64,000 nt of DNA from Takakia lepidozioides (lineage: Eukaryota > Plantae > Bryophyta), in assembly GCA_030704615.1 (NCBI GenBank), contig CM060732.1, positions 3,472,001-3,536,000 on the forward strand, in the 5' to 3' direction. A model generated the notes under the pieces. It made no database searches and was not told where the DNA came from. It saw only the letters and a program-made list of their open reading frames with translations. The translations under genes and the position numbers were made by a program. Positions 50,225 through 63,200 of the stretch are shown one piece after another. Position 1 is the stretch's first letter, and each line of letters begins with the position of its first letter.

Positions 50225-50309
50225 TGTGGCAGACTACGTTATTGTGCATATATGTGTGGTGTGGTTTGGACAGCGATGTAGTTGTGTAGCGATATGTATG
50301 CGCACGACA
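50225..50309 (+). repeat. Terminal repeat segment A2 (85 bp)
   Basis: Matches 49804-49888 with two mismatches seen. Confidence 0.95.
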
Positions 50310-52815
50310 CAACAACCAGGGCCTCATATGAATTACAAACTTTTTGATGCAAGTGGCCATTTCATACGAATTATCAAAGTCTTGAATACACATTTGTCTA
50401 TGTGTGTGCGGTAGACCCAACCAAAGCACACCCAAAATATATCTAATGCAAAGCCTGCAACTGCCTCACATGCACAAGTGCTGCATCTAAAAGCGTGCCC
50501 TCCTTAAGCCATTCATAACTTCGTGAGCACTTGCCCATGACTTGGCAACCATTCTATAGTGGTATTCAATGCATCAAAAGTCAAACCATTGATGGTCTTA
50601 AAACTGACCACCAACGAAATCAATTCTAGACAAAGAGATTTGCCAATGTGTGCAACGGTGGGCCTCAAAACTAACCACTCCAAATCAACTCTGACCAAAA
50701 ACATTCTCAAAGCTGTCTAAGCTTACATTCCAAATCCAAATCCACTTTGACAAAAGAGATTCACAAAAGACATGAACGTCCAGTATTGAAACCAAAATCC
50801 GCCCCATAACTGCGCAGCCACTTTGTTTAAATGAACCAGCCGTCGTCCAGTATTGAAAACAAAATATGCCCCATCTGTGGTGGGATTGTTTGGTAGGTGA
50901 TTAATTATGTGCAAATCGAGCTTAGTGTAATCTGCCAGCTTTAGTGATAACCATGCAATTATAAATACAGTAAGTACATGAATGAGTTGATACTGGGTCA
51001 CCAAACTACCATATTTGTAGGCAATTATGGCCATTGGTGGTTCTTAAACAAACCAATGAAATCTGTTGATCCAGTCAAGGGCATCACTGCGCGCCAAGGA
51101 AGAAGCGGAGTGTATTTCTGCGGAAGAGCACCCTTAACCGCGGAAACAAGTTGGATGACATAATAAAAGGACGTGGTCATTCCCACCTGAAAGCAACAGA
51201 TGAATACAGGATGAATGAATGTAGCTTTGGGTTGGAGGTCAACCAAGGAGGTTGCCTAGAATCGCCATGGAGTGGCGCATCTAACACGGGTGGCGCGGCC
51301 TGCCCCCGTGGGAAGAGTTGACCCCTGGAGCAAAGTACGCTCACTGGGGCACTGCGTGGCAGCACCAGGCGCCATAGCTGGGCCCGCGCAGGTAAGACAC
51401 GAGCGGCAGAGACGACGGAGCCTGCCTATTACCCGCTGGACCCGCGCCGGCGGCGGGCCAGCCACGCCGCGCCACGTAGCGCTGGCCGCGGGGTATCAGT
51501 CTTAACCGCTGGATAATTCGACGGACCCTGCCATGGATTGATGGTCCCTGGATCGGGTATTTTAAGGGGGGTTTTCTCCCCATGCCTTTGATTTCTTGTG
51601 CACTATTCATAGTATTCTTCTTGCATGAGAATAAGGGCTTGTTTTAGCCAAAGATAAGAAATGACTGGAACCATTGGATAGGCCCCAGCGAGGCCATCAG
51701 TTTGATATGTATTCCGGGGTTTGTGAAAGCACGGCTCACGGGTAGATGCCATAGGCAGAGAGAGAGAGAGCCCAGAGACAGGGAGGAGAGAATCCCTGCT
51801 GGGGTTTCACAAGGTAGAAGATGACATGTTTCAACTTCGTTCTAGGCTGGTTGTCTGCATAAATTAATCAGATTATATTGGAAGTAGGTGGAAGAGGCGC
51901 AGGGAATGGACCCTGGGACCCACTGAATGTTTAATCATTGTTTACACACCAGGGTGGCGAGCAGATGAGAAACTGCTGGGTGGCAGATTTCATTCATCCT
52001 GGCCTGGTGATGGTTTAAGTTGCTAATGAGTTCTTGAGTGGTTTGGTGTAGGAATTTAGGGGCGCTCCCACGTGGAGAGTGGTTCCCCAATGCTCCCGGC
52101 TTAAAAGGGCATTCCCAGGGCGTTCCCCTGGTACCTTGAGGGTAATTTAGTTAGCTCCAGCATCCTACGATGATTCTCTATTTCTACGAATTTCATGCAT
52201 TTGTAGGAATATTTTAATGATTTGTCTTTATTATTTGGCAGGGTAATTCGCCTTTATCAAGGGATTTTATCCGGACCCCCTTAACTTCGAAACGCAAGTT
52301 TTAAGGGCGGTATCGCTCCCTTCCGCCGAGGATATTTGAAGTCGATTACCCGGCCGCTGGGGGGTCATTGAGCCAAGGAACGGCCGCTGGGGTTAGACCT
52401 CGGGAATTACCTGGAGGTTGAATTGTTACCATTCACCCGATGGACTGACCATTGAGGTTGCATTTTGGGATCGCTCTAAGCAGGAGAGACTGACTTGGGA
52501 AAGCGGATCCGGTCCCTTCCTAGGAGATATGACACTCATCCACCTCGGGATTTAGGGGGGGGCATTGGGCGGGAAATAGATGATCCCCGTCTCCCTGGGC
52601 TTGGGATTCGTTTTGTGAAGGGATTTGAAGGTTCATCCCGGTTATAAGCGTGTTGGGAGTCCAGGCATGTAGGAAGTAGTAATAAACAAAGACTTGGAAG
52701 GCAATTACGATTAAAGACGTAGAAAACCCATAAACAAAACGTAGGACTAGGAACTACGGACTAGGCTCACGTTGTGGGCCTATATCGTGTCGTTTCAAGC
52801 ACCTGATCTGGCGAA

Positions 52816-53385
52816 GTGCGGACAGAAGATGCCATTGTGGTTTGCAGGTTAATGCGTAGACGTATCTTGGACATCGCCAAAGAGTACTGTGGGTTCTGGA
52901 TTTCGGCCAAAGTAGGGCCGTTGGGAGACATGGCTCTTACCTCTCCCATCTCTTCTTTTTTCAGATTCAATACGCGTTGGCCCCGATGTTGCCAACCCCC
53001 CTTCTTAGGGAACCTCAACGTGCAATCCGCGCTTGAAGGACATCTCGCCTGGCAAGTGGCGTATTTAGGGTGTTGCCCTCTATGTCGAACCATTGCTGAC
53101 GAGGGAATCGATTTTCATCGTCCCCGTCCCACTATTCGGAGGTCTGGAGAAGCTATCTCCTATCTAACCAAGAAGAGTTTTATTGACCTTCCTTTTGATT
53201 GGATGTGTTGGTTGTTTGGGTGTGGATTAGAAGACTATCTGGAGGTAGAGGAACGCCTGCCTCACCCGAACACTACCATCACCTATATCTGTCCACCCAG
53301 ATTTTACAACAGCCGCAGTGAAAGTACAGCAGCATTGATCATTGAATTAATCACTGACGGCCGATTGGACGTGGCGCCGAGGTGA
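52816..53385 (+). CDS. Unknown Cys/His-rich protein, paralog 1, upstream of gag
   Basis: Shares the pattern WPxC..P..LGxL...S....HLxWQ......CxxC with 53928-54338. Start codon uncertain. Confidence 0.55.
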   Translation: MRTEDAIVVCRLMRRRILDIAKEYCGFWISAKVGPLGDMALTSPISSFFRFNTRWPRCCQPPFLGNLNVQSALEGHLAWQVAYLGCCPLCRTIADEGIDFHRPRPTIRRSGEAISYLTKKSFIDLPFDWMCWLFGCGLEDYLEVEERLPHPNTTITYICPPRFYNSRSESTAALIIELITDGRLDVAPR

Positions 53386-53776
53386 CCCTGGCGCTGAGGT
53401 CCAAGGAGAGCTGTTAACGGAAGAAATAGCATGCACTATCTTTAAAGGAATGATAGGGAGGAAACTGGTGGGGATTTCCCGTGCAAAGTAAAATGGCGGT
53501 GGCTGCTCTGGGTCCGCAATGACGCCTTGAGGAGCTGCTGAAGGAGGACCTTCAATCCAAGTAATATCATGTATGGGGGAATAGACAAGGACTTGCCAGC
53601 AACAGAATAGGTAAAGCTGCCTCCAGCGATCGGGGAAGACCCCGCAGTTGCATTTATGCTTTCCATTTCATTTAACCATGTTCGCCAATTGGCACAATCA
53701 ATGCAATGCTTGAAATCTAAAACGTCATCCACATCATGCTTTGGAGTGATAAGAATTTGCCGCATGAACTTCTAAA

Positions 53777-54338
53777 GTGGGTATGACTTTTGAGGCTAGG
53801 ATCAAGAGGATTCGAAGCAGATTTTGGCAACATGAACCAGACATTCAACTTATAATAGAAGCGTACATCGATCGCTTAGCTCAACGGAAAGCCATCAAGA
53901 AAGGGTGGATAGACGAACGGCTTTGGTGTGAACGACCCTCGTCAACAGATACACCGGAGCATATACCACTGGTGTAACGACAGGCTTAACTGGCCATATT
54001 GTTCGTGCCCGAGGATATACCTAGGGGCCTTGCACCCCAGGTCTTCCTTCACAGCACACTTAAGGTGGCAGATAGATTTCTTCACTCATTGTCACGTATG
54101 CCAGCTCTTGGCGTCCCATTATGTGCGTAGACTGGATGAGTGTAGGTATTGCAACATACCTCGACCACCTGAAGATTGGAAGATACCTGGAAGATTGCAC
54201 ACTTATGTGCCTCCATCGCCGTGGTTCCATGGAAGGTATGCAGATTTGACCTCGTTTATTCTTGACATGGTAGTTCAAGGAAATATAGGTCCTTCAGTAC
54301 AGACTGAGGCAGGAGAATCCTCATCGGTACAACAGTGA
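53777..54338 (+). pseudogene. Unknown Cys/His-rich protein, paralog 2 (probable frameshift near 53965)
   Basis: Shares the motif pattern of paralog 1; two overlapping ORFs, 53777-53977 and 53928-54338. Confidence 0.55.
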
Positions 54339-54342
54339 GTGT

Positions 54343-54749
54343 ATGTCTAGCTCAGGATCGAGAGATACACTCCCAAGCCTGGATAGCATATCGCTTGACA
54401 CCAGGTTACAAAGAAGATTGGCTACAGAAGCCGTCCGTGATCATTTGCTAGGGAAAAACCCAGCCTTGAGTCCAGAGTCAGACTCAGAAACTAGAAGTTT
54501 GGGAAAGATAGAGTGGGAAGGAGAGAACACTGAAAGTTCTTCGGACATCGAGTGTTCACGAGTGGTTTCCCCTATATCTAGTCCCCCTTATATCCCACCA
54601 GCTAGGTCAAGGAGTCCCTCGCCGTCATCAGTGTCAATCATGGCACATATTCCAGGACCTCCTGAGGTACCCATTGTGGTTCCAGCAGGTTTACCCCCGC
54701 TCACATTGCCCAGGCATCTGCCTTGGTTCTCCGGGGAAGCACATGAAAA
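54343..54749 (+). pseudogene. Probable retrotransposon gag N-terminus, cut by MULE copy C
   Basis: Ser/Pro-rich leader followed by LPRHLPWFSGE, resembling the LPxFxG capsid start motif. The TIR begins at 54750. Confidence 0.55.
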
Positions 54750-56811
54750 GGGGGCTGCTATTTCATGAGCGGCATGAGCATGAGCGGGAAAAAAAAAAGC
54801 ATGAGTGGGCCATTATCTGTCCACGGAAATAGGGTTAGGAGGCACGGAAATAGGGTCATGTGGACTCGTCATAGCAATGAAATGCAACATTTTATTGCAA
54901 ATTTTGTGGCAGCCACGTCTATACAAGTGTGTCCTAACTGTCATAGCAGGAATGGGAACTACTCTCCTACACCTTCCGAGGAACTTGGCCCTCCTTCTTC
55001 CTCATCCCCCTCATCCCCCCCATCCTCCGAGCTCTGTGATGCATCGGTTGTAGTATGCCTCTCAAAAAATGCCGTCCTCTCCTTGGGGGACTGTCCACCT
55101 CACCTCCTGGGAATCTTCTGCCTCTTCTCCCCCACTTTCCTCAGCAGAATCCAAGACAAATCTACGAGCCCGACGGGCTCTAATAGCTGTTGCCTCCTCC
55201 CTCATCTTCATTTTCTTGAGGCTTGCCTCGTCTAAAATCTGCTGTACACGACTAGGTTCGGAACACCTCCTAATGGACACCGAAGCAAGCTGGGCAACAT
55301 AAGTAGGAAGGATGTAGTCCCTTTCTGGACTAGGCATGAAATCCCCCTGGCAAAAAAAGGCACGTTCCTCCTGCCCATGAACTCCGGTGTAGACGTCCCC
55401 CTGCCGTACTTGGCATCCTACAGTAAGAACAAATCCACTTCAAGAATGTCAATACCAGCAGAAGCAGAAAGGGTTTTCAATGAAATAAGAGAGCGAAGGG
55501 AGGTGCCTCACGAAATCTGGAGGCAACTTACAATGTGACCACTCACTCGTACACCGGGGGCTCCTCGGCCTCGATCCCAACTTGTTCCTCCCCCTGCTCC
55601 TTCTCGGATTTTTCCTCATCCTCCGAGGATGCCTCTTCCTCTTTTGGCAGACGTTCAGCCGCTGCAAGTTCCGAGTTGTGGAGGGCAGTATCTGGCTCGA
55701 AGGCGAATACATGCCTGTCGGACAACGTCCCTGCCCACATTGAAGCACCTGAGGAACAAAGCGGGCGGTTAATAGCTTGCGGCATGCAATTGCAATCGGG
55801 CCAGGGGACAAACTGAGCATGTGAAGGCTTACCCGTGCCGCATGTGAGGTCCAGAATCCGCCCTTGGACATCCGAGCACGTCTCCATGAGGGTTTGGATG
55901 AAAGCAGGGCTCCGGGTCCGGCTGTACCGCCACGGTTTGCCTGTCTTTGTGTCCTTCGGCATACTGGAGTGGGGCACATAGTTGTAGAGGACATCGTAGG
56001 TAACAGGGTCCACAACGGCATCAACAAGACGACCGTCTTTTCGGAATTTGAACGTAGACCCTCTCTTCACAAAGCAATATGCCTCAAACACCAATGTCTG
56101 CACATCCAACAAAAGAGGGATCGACTCCGGGATCTAGTTTAGATACACCACAATATGAGGTGAATGCAATAGATTGATAACTTACACTTTGGCCCTCTGT
56201 TCGCAACCCCTGTGTATTGATGCAGAACCATTTTCTGAGGAGGACCGGGGTGACACTTTTCGGTGTCCATCTTGCCACCGCATTCTCTATGGTCTTCCCT
56301 CTTGTGGCAAGGACAACCACACATCCACCGTCATCCAGGAGCATCCCCGCCAGCCCAAACCCGGCTTTCCAGTAATCCTCAGTAAACCTGTTCCAGGTGG
56401 GCACACCATCTAGGCCCTCCAGCAGCTCCCCATCTGGAATGTCGAGGAGAATCATATCGCAAGCTCTCTCCACCTCAAACCCCCCCCCCCCCCCGAGTGC
56501 TCTTGCAATCCGTGCTCACAGCCGTGAAGAATTCCATCATGGCTTCAAAATCAGGGGTGTCTTTAGGCTCTGTACCGGCAGCCCTCTTCTTGGCTTTCCC
56601 CTTCTGCTCCGCCAGAGACTTGTTGTGTGCCACCTTCTTTGCCCTGGCAGCGAGAGCGTCAAGGAAGCTCTCATTGACGCATTGGATGATGGTTGGAGGT
56701 TCTAGCTTTGGCCTGTGCGTAAACGTCACCACCGAATACTGCCGTGTAGGCTCGTCCTCAAATGCCAACTTCTTGGCAGAGCCAGTCCCACTCCGAACTG
56801 ACTTGGGAAAA
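54750..56811 (+). mobile_element. MULE copy C, left end with the MTase exons (minus strand), truncated
   Basis: Collinear with 23013-25070. CDMILLDIPDG (motif IV Y>D) and RILDLTCGTG|ASMWAGTLSDRHVFAFEPD with intron 55749-55832. Confidence 0.9.
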
Positions 56812-59800
56812 CCCACCCATTTGGAGAGGTAATCTGTGGCTACTGCAACTAGGAGTGGCCCTTCTCCATGAGCTTAAGAGGTCCAACTAGATCTAAGCCC
56901 ACCCTATCAAAGAGGCCAGTGACAGGTATAGGCTGCACGAGGAAGCACGGGCCCGAGGAAGCAATGTCTTGGCATGACATCTCACACACTGAGAAATGAA
57001 AGAGGCAACATCTTGATGCATACCCTTCCAGGCATACTATTCTTGCAAACGCTTAACAATTTTAGTCACACCCAGGTGACCAGCAAAAGGTGAGGCATGG
57101 TATAATTCAAGCAAAGCTGGAACTGAGCTCCTTTTAGGAACCTCCACGTTTTTTATAAGGCCATCCAAGACAAAGTTCTTCAGCAATTTACCTTCATGTT
57201 CCACGTGACAGGGAAGATGATAGTTAACTTGCCTTTGAAGAGTCTTGGAGATACCTGGGAGGTGAGTGCCCAGCCTTGCACTTGTGGAGAAGGGCTGCGA
57301 ACAAGAAATCATCCATGCCTATCATGCACAGAGCCAAAGAAACAACTTGGTTTAAAGCAGGTAATCAGAAGTGTCCGCCCCTGTGGTCTTCAGATCATAG
57401 AACCTTGTACCACATCTGAATCTAGCTTACATGGAAAGGTAGGCTGGGTATTGAAGATCAGGTCCTAAGGGAACTTGTAGCACAAGAGCCATGTGGTGAT
57501 GAGAAGAAGAAGGTGCTCTAGCCAGCAAAAAGACAACATTGATCCAACAAAAGTGTTAGTCCAGACACTCAAGCACCAAAGTAACTATCTCAATGAACAT
57601 AAAAAATGATGAGGTCCTTTGAAGATTTAATTGCATAAGGCAGCTCATCCATTGAGCTCAAAAAGGACACAGATTCACGTGAAAGAGGATCAAGCAGCGA
57701 ACGATCAGGATTTTGCATGCGAGCCAAGTCATCTAGAGACGTATAGGGTACAGGGGTCTTGGTTTCTCCCCGAGTAAGTGCATCAGCGTTCCCGTTCTCC
57801 TTTCCTTTCTTGTAAACTATATCATACTCAAAACCCTACAGCAGCAAGGACCACCTAGCAAGCCGGCCAGACAATTCACGAGGAGTTTTAAGGGTTTTGA
57901 GAGGGAGATGATCCATCTCCACGGTGAAATAACAACCATGCAAGTACTGCCTGAAATGTTTCACACCAAAAATCACAACCAACCCCTCCTTGTCAGTTAT
58001 ACTATAATTTTTCTCATGTTTATTCAGCCGCCGTGATGCATAGGCAACAACATGCTCTTCACCCTCTCTCACTTGGCTAAGAATTGCAGAAACAGCCAAA
58101 TCACTGGCATCTGTTTGCAATAAAAAGGGAAGGGAGGAGGAAGGGAGAAGTCTAGAAAAACCAGCACGGGAGCAGTTGTGAGGGCAATCTTTAGTTGCTC
58201 AAAAGCCTTGGTCTCAGGTATGCCCCAGTGAAATCGAACATCCTTGCATAAAAGCCTGAACAATGGACCAGCCATGCTAGCAAAGTGAAGGATAAAGTGT
58301 CTATAATAGGAGGCAAGACCAAGAAAGGCGCAGACACAGTGCTTGTCACGAGGAAGAGGAAAGTCCCATGCTGCCTAGATTTTGCTAATATCAAGTTTGA
58401 TGCCTTCCCCACAAAAGATGTGACCAAGAAATTTAAGTTGATCTGCCATGCAGAAATCGCACTTCTTGGCTTTGACTTTCAAACCTGCAGCTCTGAGATG
58501 ACACAACACACGCTGCAGGTCAATAAGGTGAGAATCGAAATGAGTAGAATAGATGTTTATGTCATCAATGTACACCAGTACACATTCCCACCTCAAATTG
58601 CACAGAACCACATCCATAAGCCTTTGGAAGGTTGGAGTGGCATTATAGAGGCCAAAGGGCATGGTCTCGTATTGATACATTCCATATCTGCATGTAAAGG
58701 CTGTCTTCTCTTTAGATTCCTCTGTCAAAAGGACTTGCCAAAAGCCAGCAGCCAGGTCAAGCGAGGAAAAAATGGTGGCACCACTAAGCTGATCCAGGGT
58801 CGCATTGATTCGTGGTAAAGGATAAACATCCTTCTTGAGCCATCTGAAATCAACACAAAATCTGGTGGAACCATCCTTTTTGGCCACTAACACAATGGGA
58901 CTAGCCCAAGGTGACACATAGGGGCGAATTACTCCAGCATTCAACATTTTCTTAATTTTTTGTTGAACAACTGCTCTCTCACAAACAGATTCAAGGTAGA
59001 CATATTGTTTGATTGGATTCCTTTCAGTGACAATCTCATGCTTCAAAACATTGGTCCTGCCAAGATCATGAGACCCTCTACTGAATACAGACAGGTTTCT
59101 ACAAATCAAAGCATGCAACTTGGCCAATTGGACTTTGGTCATATCATCCACCTGAATTTCTGCTAGCACTTGAGCAAAGTGCTCCTCTTGCTCTGTGGTG
59201 AGAATAACTTCATCACTGACTACAACAATGCTGGTCATGGCAATAAGGCTATACACAGGGCTGTCTACGTCATGAAGATTGAGAGCAGCCTCCACCGATT
59301 GGATTTCAGTCAAAGGCAAGGCAGTGAGACGGGCCATGACTTGCCCCTTTTTTATTTGACCAGTATATGCTCAAGATTTGCAATTAGCAATTTGACCTCT
59401 CCTCTATACCCCCTGTCCAGAACCCCAGATGCCACCAAGCAATGTTTATGCAAGGAAAACTTCTTCCAGCCTTCTACCTCCATAAACGTTCCTTGGGGCA
59501 AACAAAGGCCAGGCCTGTAGGGGCCAAAACTTGGGACATAACAAACAGCTCAATATCATGAGGAGCTCTCAAGAGTATTGAATTGTTGGGAACAGGAAGA
59601 GGAGCTCCAGTTTTCTTACCTGGAGCAGGCAAATGCCATTGAAAAAGGGTGGCAGCCGTCTCACTGTCAAAATTAAAGAACCTTGGTCCAGTTGTACGTA
59701 TTACCAGCCCTCTGGCAAACTCCTTGTGCAATAGTTGCATCTGAAGAAGATGCCTTGTGAAATTCCCAGGCATGAGAGGAACAAAATTCAGCTTAACCTT

Positions 59801-60261
59801 ATGTCTGGCACGATTGTCACCACTCAAAGTCACGACATTAGTATGCAAGTTAATTTCAGCCGTGGCTTCCCTCATCCAATCCAAGCCAATTAAAAAATGC
59901 TCTTCCATAGTGACAATACCAGTCACTATGACCACTTTTCCAGCAATTCCAATCGGCAAGGTTACAAGCCATAAGGGCTCATATTTTGTGCCATCAGCTA
60001 TAGTGACCTCTAGACCTTTGGCAGGAACTAATTTCAACCCTAACACCTGAATTACATACAATGGAACAGCAGAGACTGTACACCCAGTATCAACAACACT
60101 TGAGATAAGGATAAATGACGTACATGACATTGAGTAAGTAGTGGAGTAATACAAACCTTTCTCTTGGGTTTCATCACCTGAGCATGAAGGAATTTGAAAG
60201 TGTCAGAAACCAGCAGAGTTGTTAGGGGTTCAGAAGGATCACCTCTCCCTTCCTCCACATG
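56812..60261 (-). pseudogene. pol: Degenerate Ty3/Gypsy pol (PR, RT, RH, start of INT)
   Basis: VVDTGCTVS, SPWASPIVLV, MPFGLYNA, YIDD, TDAS, HASPFAGHLG, ATDYLSKWV. Many stops and frameshifts. Confidence 0.9.
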
Positions 60262-63200
60262 CACTACAAAAAAAGAGGGGGGGGTTCCGACGCCGCGGCG
60301 TCGGTAAACCCCCCATTTTGGGCATGGGCGCGACACCAATTTTGCGACACCCGGGTGTCGCAGGACCGTCGCACGAGCGTCGCCAAAAAAATGTCGCAAA
60401 TATGCGACGTATGGGGGTCGCGAGCCCCCGCCCCCCCTCCGCGACGCCCGAACGTCGCTTTTCGGGCGGTCCATGGCGATGGCAGGGGCCTCCTGCTAGC
60501 GACGCTTGGCCGTCGCTGCCCTCCAGCCGACGGCTCAGCGTCGCACCAAAGTTTTTTTCTAAATTGCCCGGGCGTCGCATCCTGAAAACAAAAAACACGT
60601 GGCGTACGTTGGGTGGTAGGATACGCGACGCCGCTGTGTCGCAGCTAACGACTCCTGGGCGTGTCAAAGAAAAAACACCCGTCGTCACTCAAGTTGGGCA
60701 TTGCGACGCTCAACCGTGGGTTTCCGCAACGCGCTAGCGTCGCTTTCCAGATTTTCAATTTTTTTTTTTAAACACGTGGCGCAGGCAGGGTGTTGGGATC
60801 CGCGATGCCGCGGCGTCGTTGCTAACGACCCCCGGACTAAAAAAACCCGTTGCAGGTGGGGTCGGGCGTTGCTACCTGCATTGGTATTTGCGACGCCCGA
60901 TCGTCGCTGCTTGCGACCCCCGCCAAAAAAACCCGTCGCCATTACCGACGGTCTGCCGGCGGAAGGCCAGCCTAGGGGGGGGGGGATGGGGGTTGATTTT
61001 GGGGGTGAATTGGGGGTGGTTTTTGCTTTTTCCCTGGTTTGGTTTTGGGGTGTTGGGAGACCTTACAACTTCCATTGCTATGATTTAGCAGGTACACAAT
61101 TGAGCAAGCATGAATCGAGGGTGAGGCCGGTGCGACACATGAATAAGATGAAAGATGGAAATATGGAAATATATTTACAAGTAGTAATAGGGCCCACCCC
61201 CAAAAGGGGGCAGTGGCTGCAAGGCGAAGTGGCTCTTAGTTACGCCGGCCTCGGCCAAAGTCATCTCTCTACAAGCAATGAGCTGAAATGCTTTGCTCAC
61301 AAGGGTTCAGTAGGTTGACCCTCGGACCTACACGGACTAGGACTAGTTGAATCCTCATCCTCATCCTTAGAGGAGGACTCATAGCTATCCGATGAGCCTA
61401 ATGACTCCGCGCCCTTTGTCGGAGCACCTAAAGCAGGCGGTGTTCTCCTAAGTCCCACCGAGCTCTCATCCAATCCTTGGCCATGAACCCCCCCCCCCCC
61501 CCCCCCCATCCATACTAGTGCCCTGTAGTGCACTCATCCCCTCCGTGTTGGCCATGTTCTTCATGAGGGATTGCCAACCATGCTCCTTGGCATAGTTGTA
61601 CTCTACCGGAGATGACATCCTCTCAAACGCGCGTTGCTACACATGCCACAAGTTAAAGTCAGTTCCTCACGATGATGGAGCCAGAAAGAAGACATAACAA
61701 AATACATAGGGAAGTATGACTTACAAATCACAAGATAAAACCCTTGGATCCGCCGGTGCCCCACTTGTGTGTGGATTTGTGCTTGGCTGTTGTTGCTTCG
61801 CGTGCCTGCTCAAGTATGGCCTTCTTTGCCGCATCATTCTCTCCCGCAATGAGTACATCCCACGATACCTAACCCCCCCCCCCCACAACAATTAGTGAAT
61901 TACACACATACGTTGTATCGAATCCACCTCATTAATGCACATGCAACAAATGGAAGGTGAAATGATTCAAGGATTTGTCATCCTACGTAATTCCATAATG
62001 TTGTTTGGGTTGGGCCCCATTTTCCATTGCCCTCCGAATGATTTCTCTGGCACGGTACCTCTTGTCCTTCAAGTTCCGCCCCACCATCTCCATCACCCTT
62101 GTGTCACTCCAATTGCCCGGAAACCGGCAGTCTAACTCACGGGCATACGCCCGCTTCGTGCCAAAGTGCTGATCAGCCCACTCAATGTGCCAAGGGAACC
62201 ACCGCGCTGCGAGTTTGAAGGTTGGCTTCTTCATAACCTCCCAGAACGCACCTCAGGGGTCACCATGGCGATTGACCTCCATCGGTGGTACCACAATCTT
62301 TGTCAACTCCACGTCCTCTATCCCCAAGGATTTCTTCTTCTTCCCACCCTCTCCCTTCTTTGTAGCCTCCTTCCCCTGCTCCTTTGTTACCCCACTGCCC
62401 TCCCCCGCATGCACACTCATCCCTTCGGGAAGGGGAAGGAGATGGTCGTGGAGAAGGGGAAGGAAAAGAAGAAGAAGAAGAAGTCCCGTGGTACTTCCTC
62501 TCTCTCCTTCTCCCTCTCCCTTCTCTCTCTCTCCTCGGCAGCCCCTTCATTCATGGTAAAAGGGACCTCGGGAGGTCGAGGCCTCTTCTTCTTACCTTTG
62601 GTGTTCGGGTCCTTCATGAACACCACGTGCTCTCCCTCATTGGCAACCGCACCGGATTGCGCCAATGAGGCCAAGAATGTTGCTGCCTCCTGAAGACGAA
62701 TAACCCCCCCAAATTCAAAAAAAGAAACAAACAACAAAGAAATCATGCATGCAAAGGAAAGGACAAAACATGGAACAAAGTGCGACAGTTGTACCTTTGC
62801 AAGCTTGGCCGACTCGCCCCCAGTGTCACCCAATAGCCGGTGGCGGCGCCCCGTAGACCAGGCCCTTCTTTGCTGACCGCTCAGGCTGAGGGGGCGGCGT
62901 CGCTGACCGGCTAGGCTCTCCACCAGCCCGTAGCTCCCCCCCCCCCCGCCACAAATGCTCCACAAGAATCGAGGCCCTCACCCGGCTTGACTATTTCGAG
63001 GCGCTTCCTCAACTCAGCCACCTCATTGGCCCTCCTCATCCCCTCATCCCTCATCCTCAACATTGGGCTAGGAATGACCACTTCCAAAGGCCCTTGAACC
63101 TGACCTTGGGCCTTGGCAAGTGCAGCCTTCGCTGTGGAGGAAGGGGTCGCTATAGGGGTGACATCCAAAAGTTCCCCATACGGGGCCCTGAACGGGTGAT

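Larger units (their letters stand above)
39157..50309 (+). mobile_element. Full-length Ty3/Gypsy retrotransposon with C5 DNA methyltransferase and PHD finger; split (permuted) terminal repeats; TSD CAAC
   Basis: Begins TGTC and ends GACA, flanked by CAAC at 39153-39156 and 50310-50313. Order gag-PR-DNMT-RT-RH-INT-PHD; PPT at 49793-49802. Confidence 0.92.

Noticed and set aside
50305-50316. Alternative 5-bp TSD ACAAC for the DNMT-Gypsy
   Set aside because: It requires two extra untemplated bases after A2. The 4-bp CAAC fits the A1/A2 alignment exactly.
50513-52770. Hydrophobic ORFs and a possible LTR upstream of the Cys-rich ORFs
   Set aside because: No family motif, no second LTR copy, and no convincing TG...CA boundaries or PBS could be fixed.
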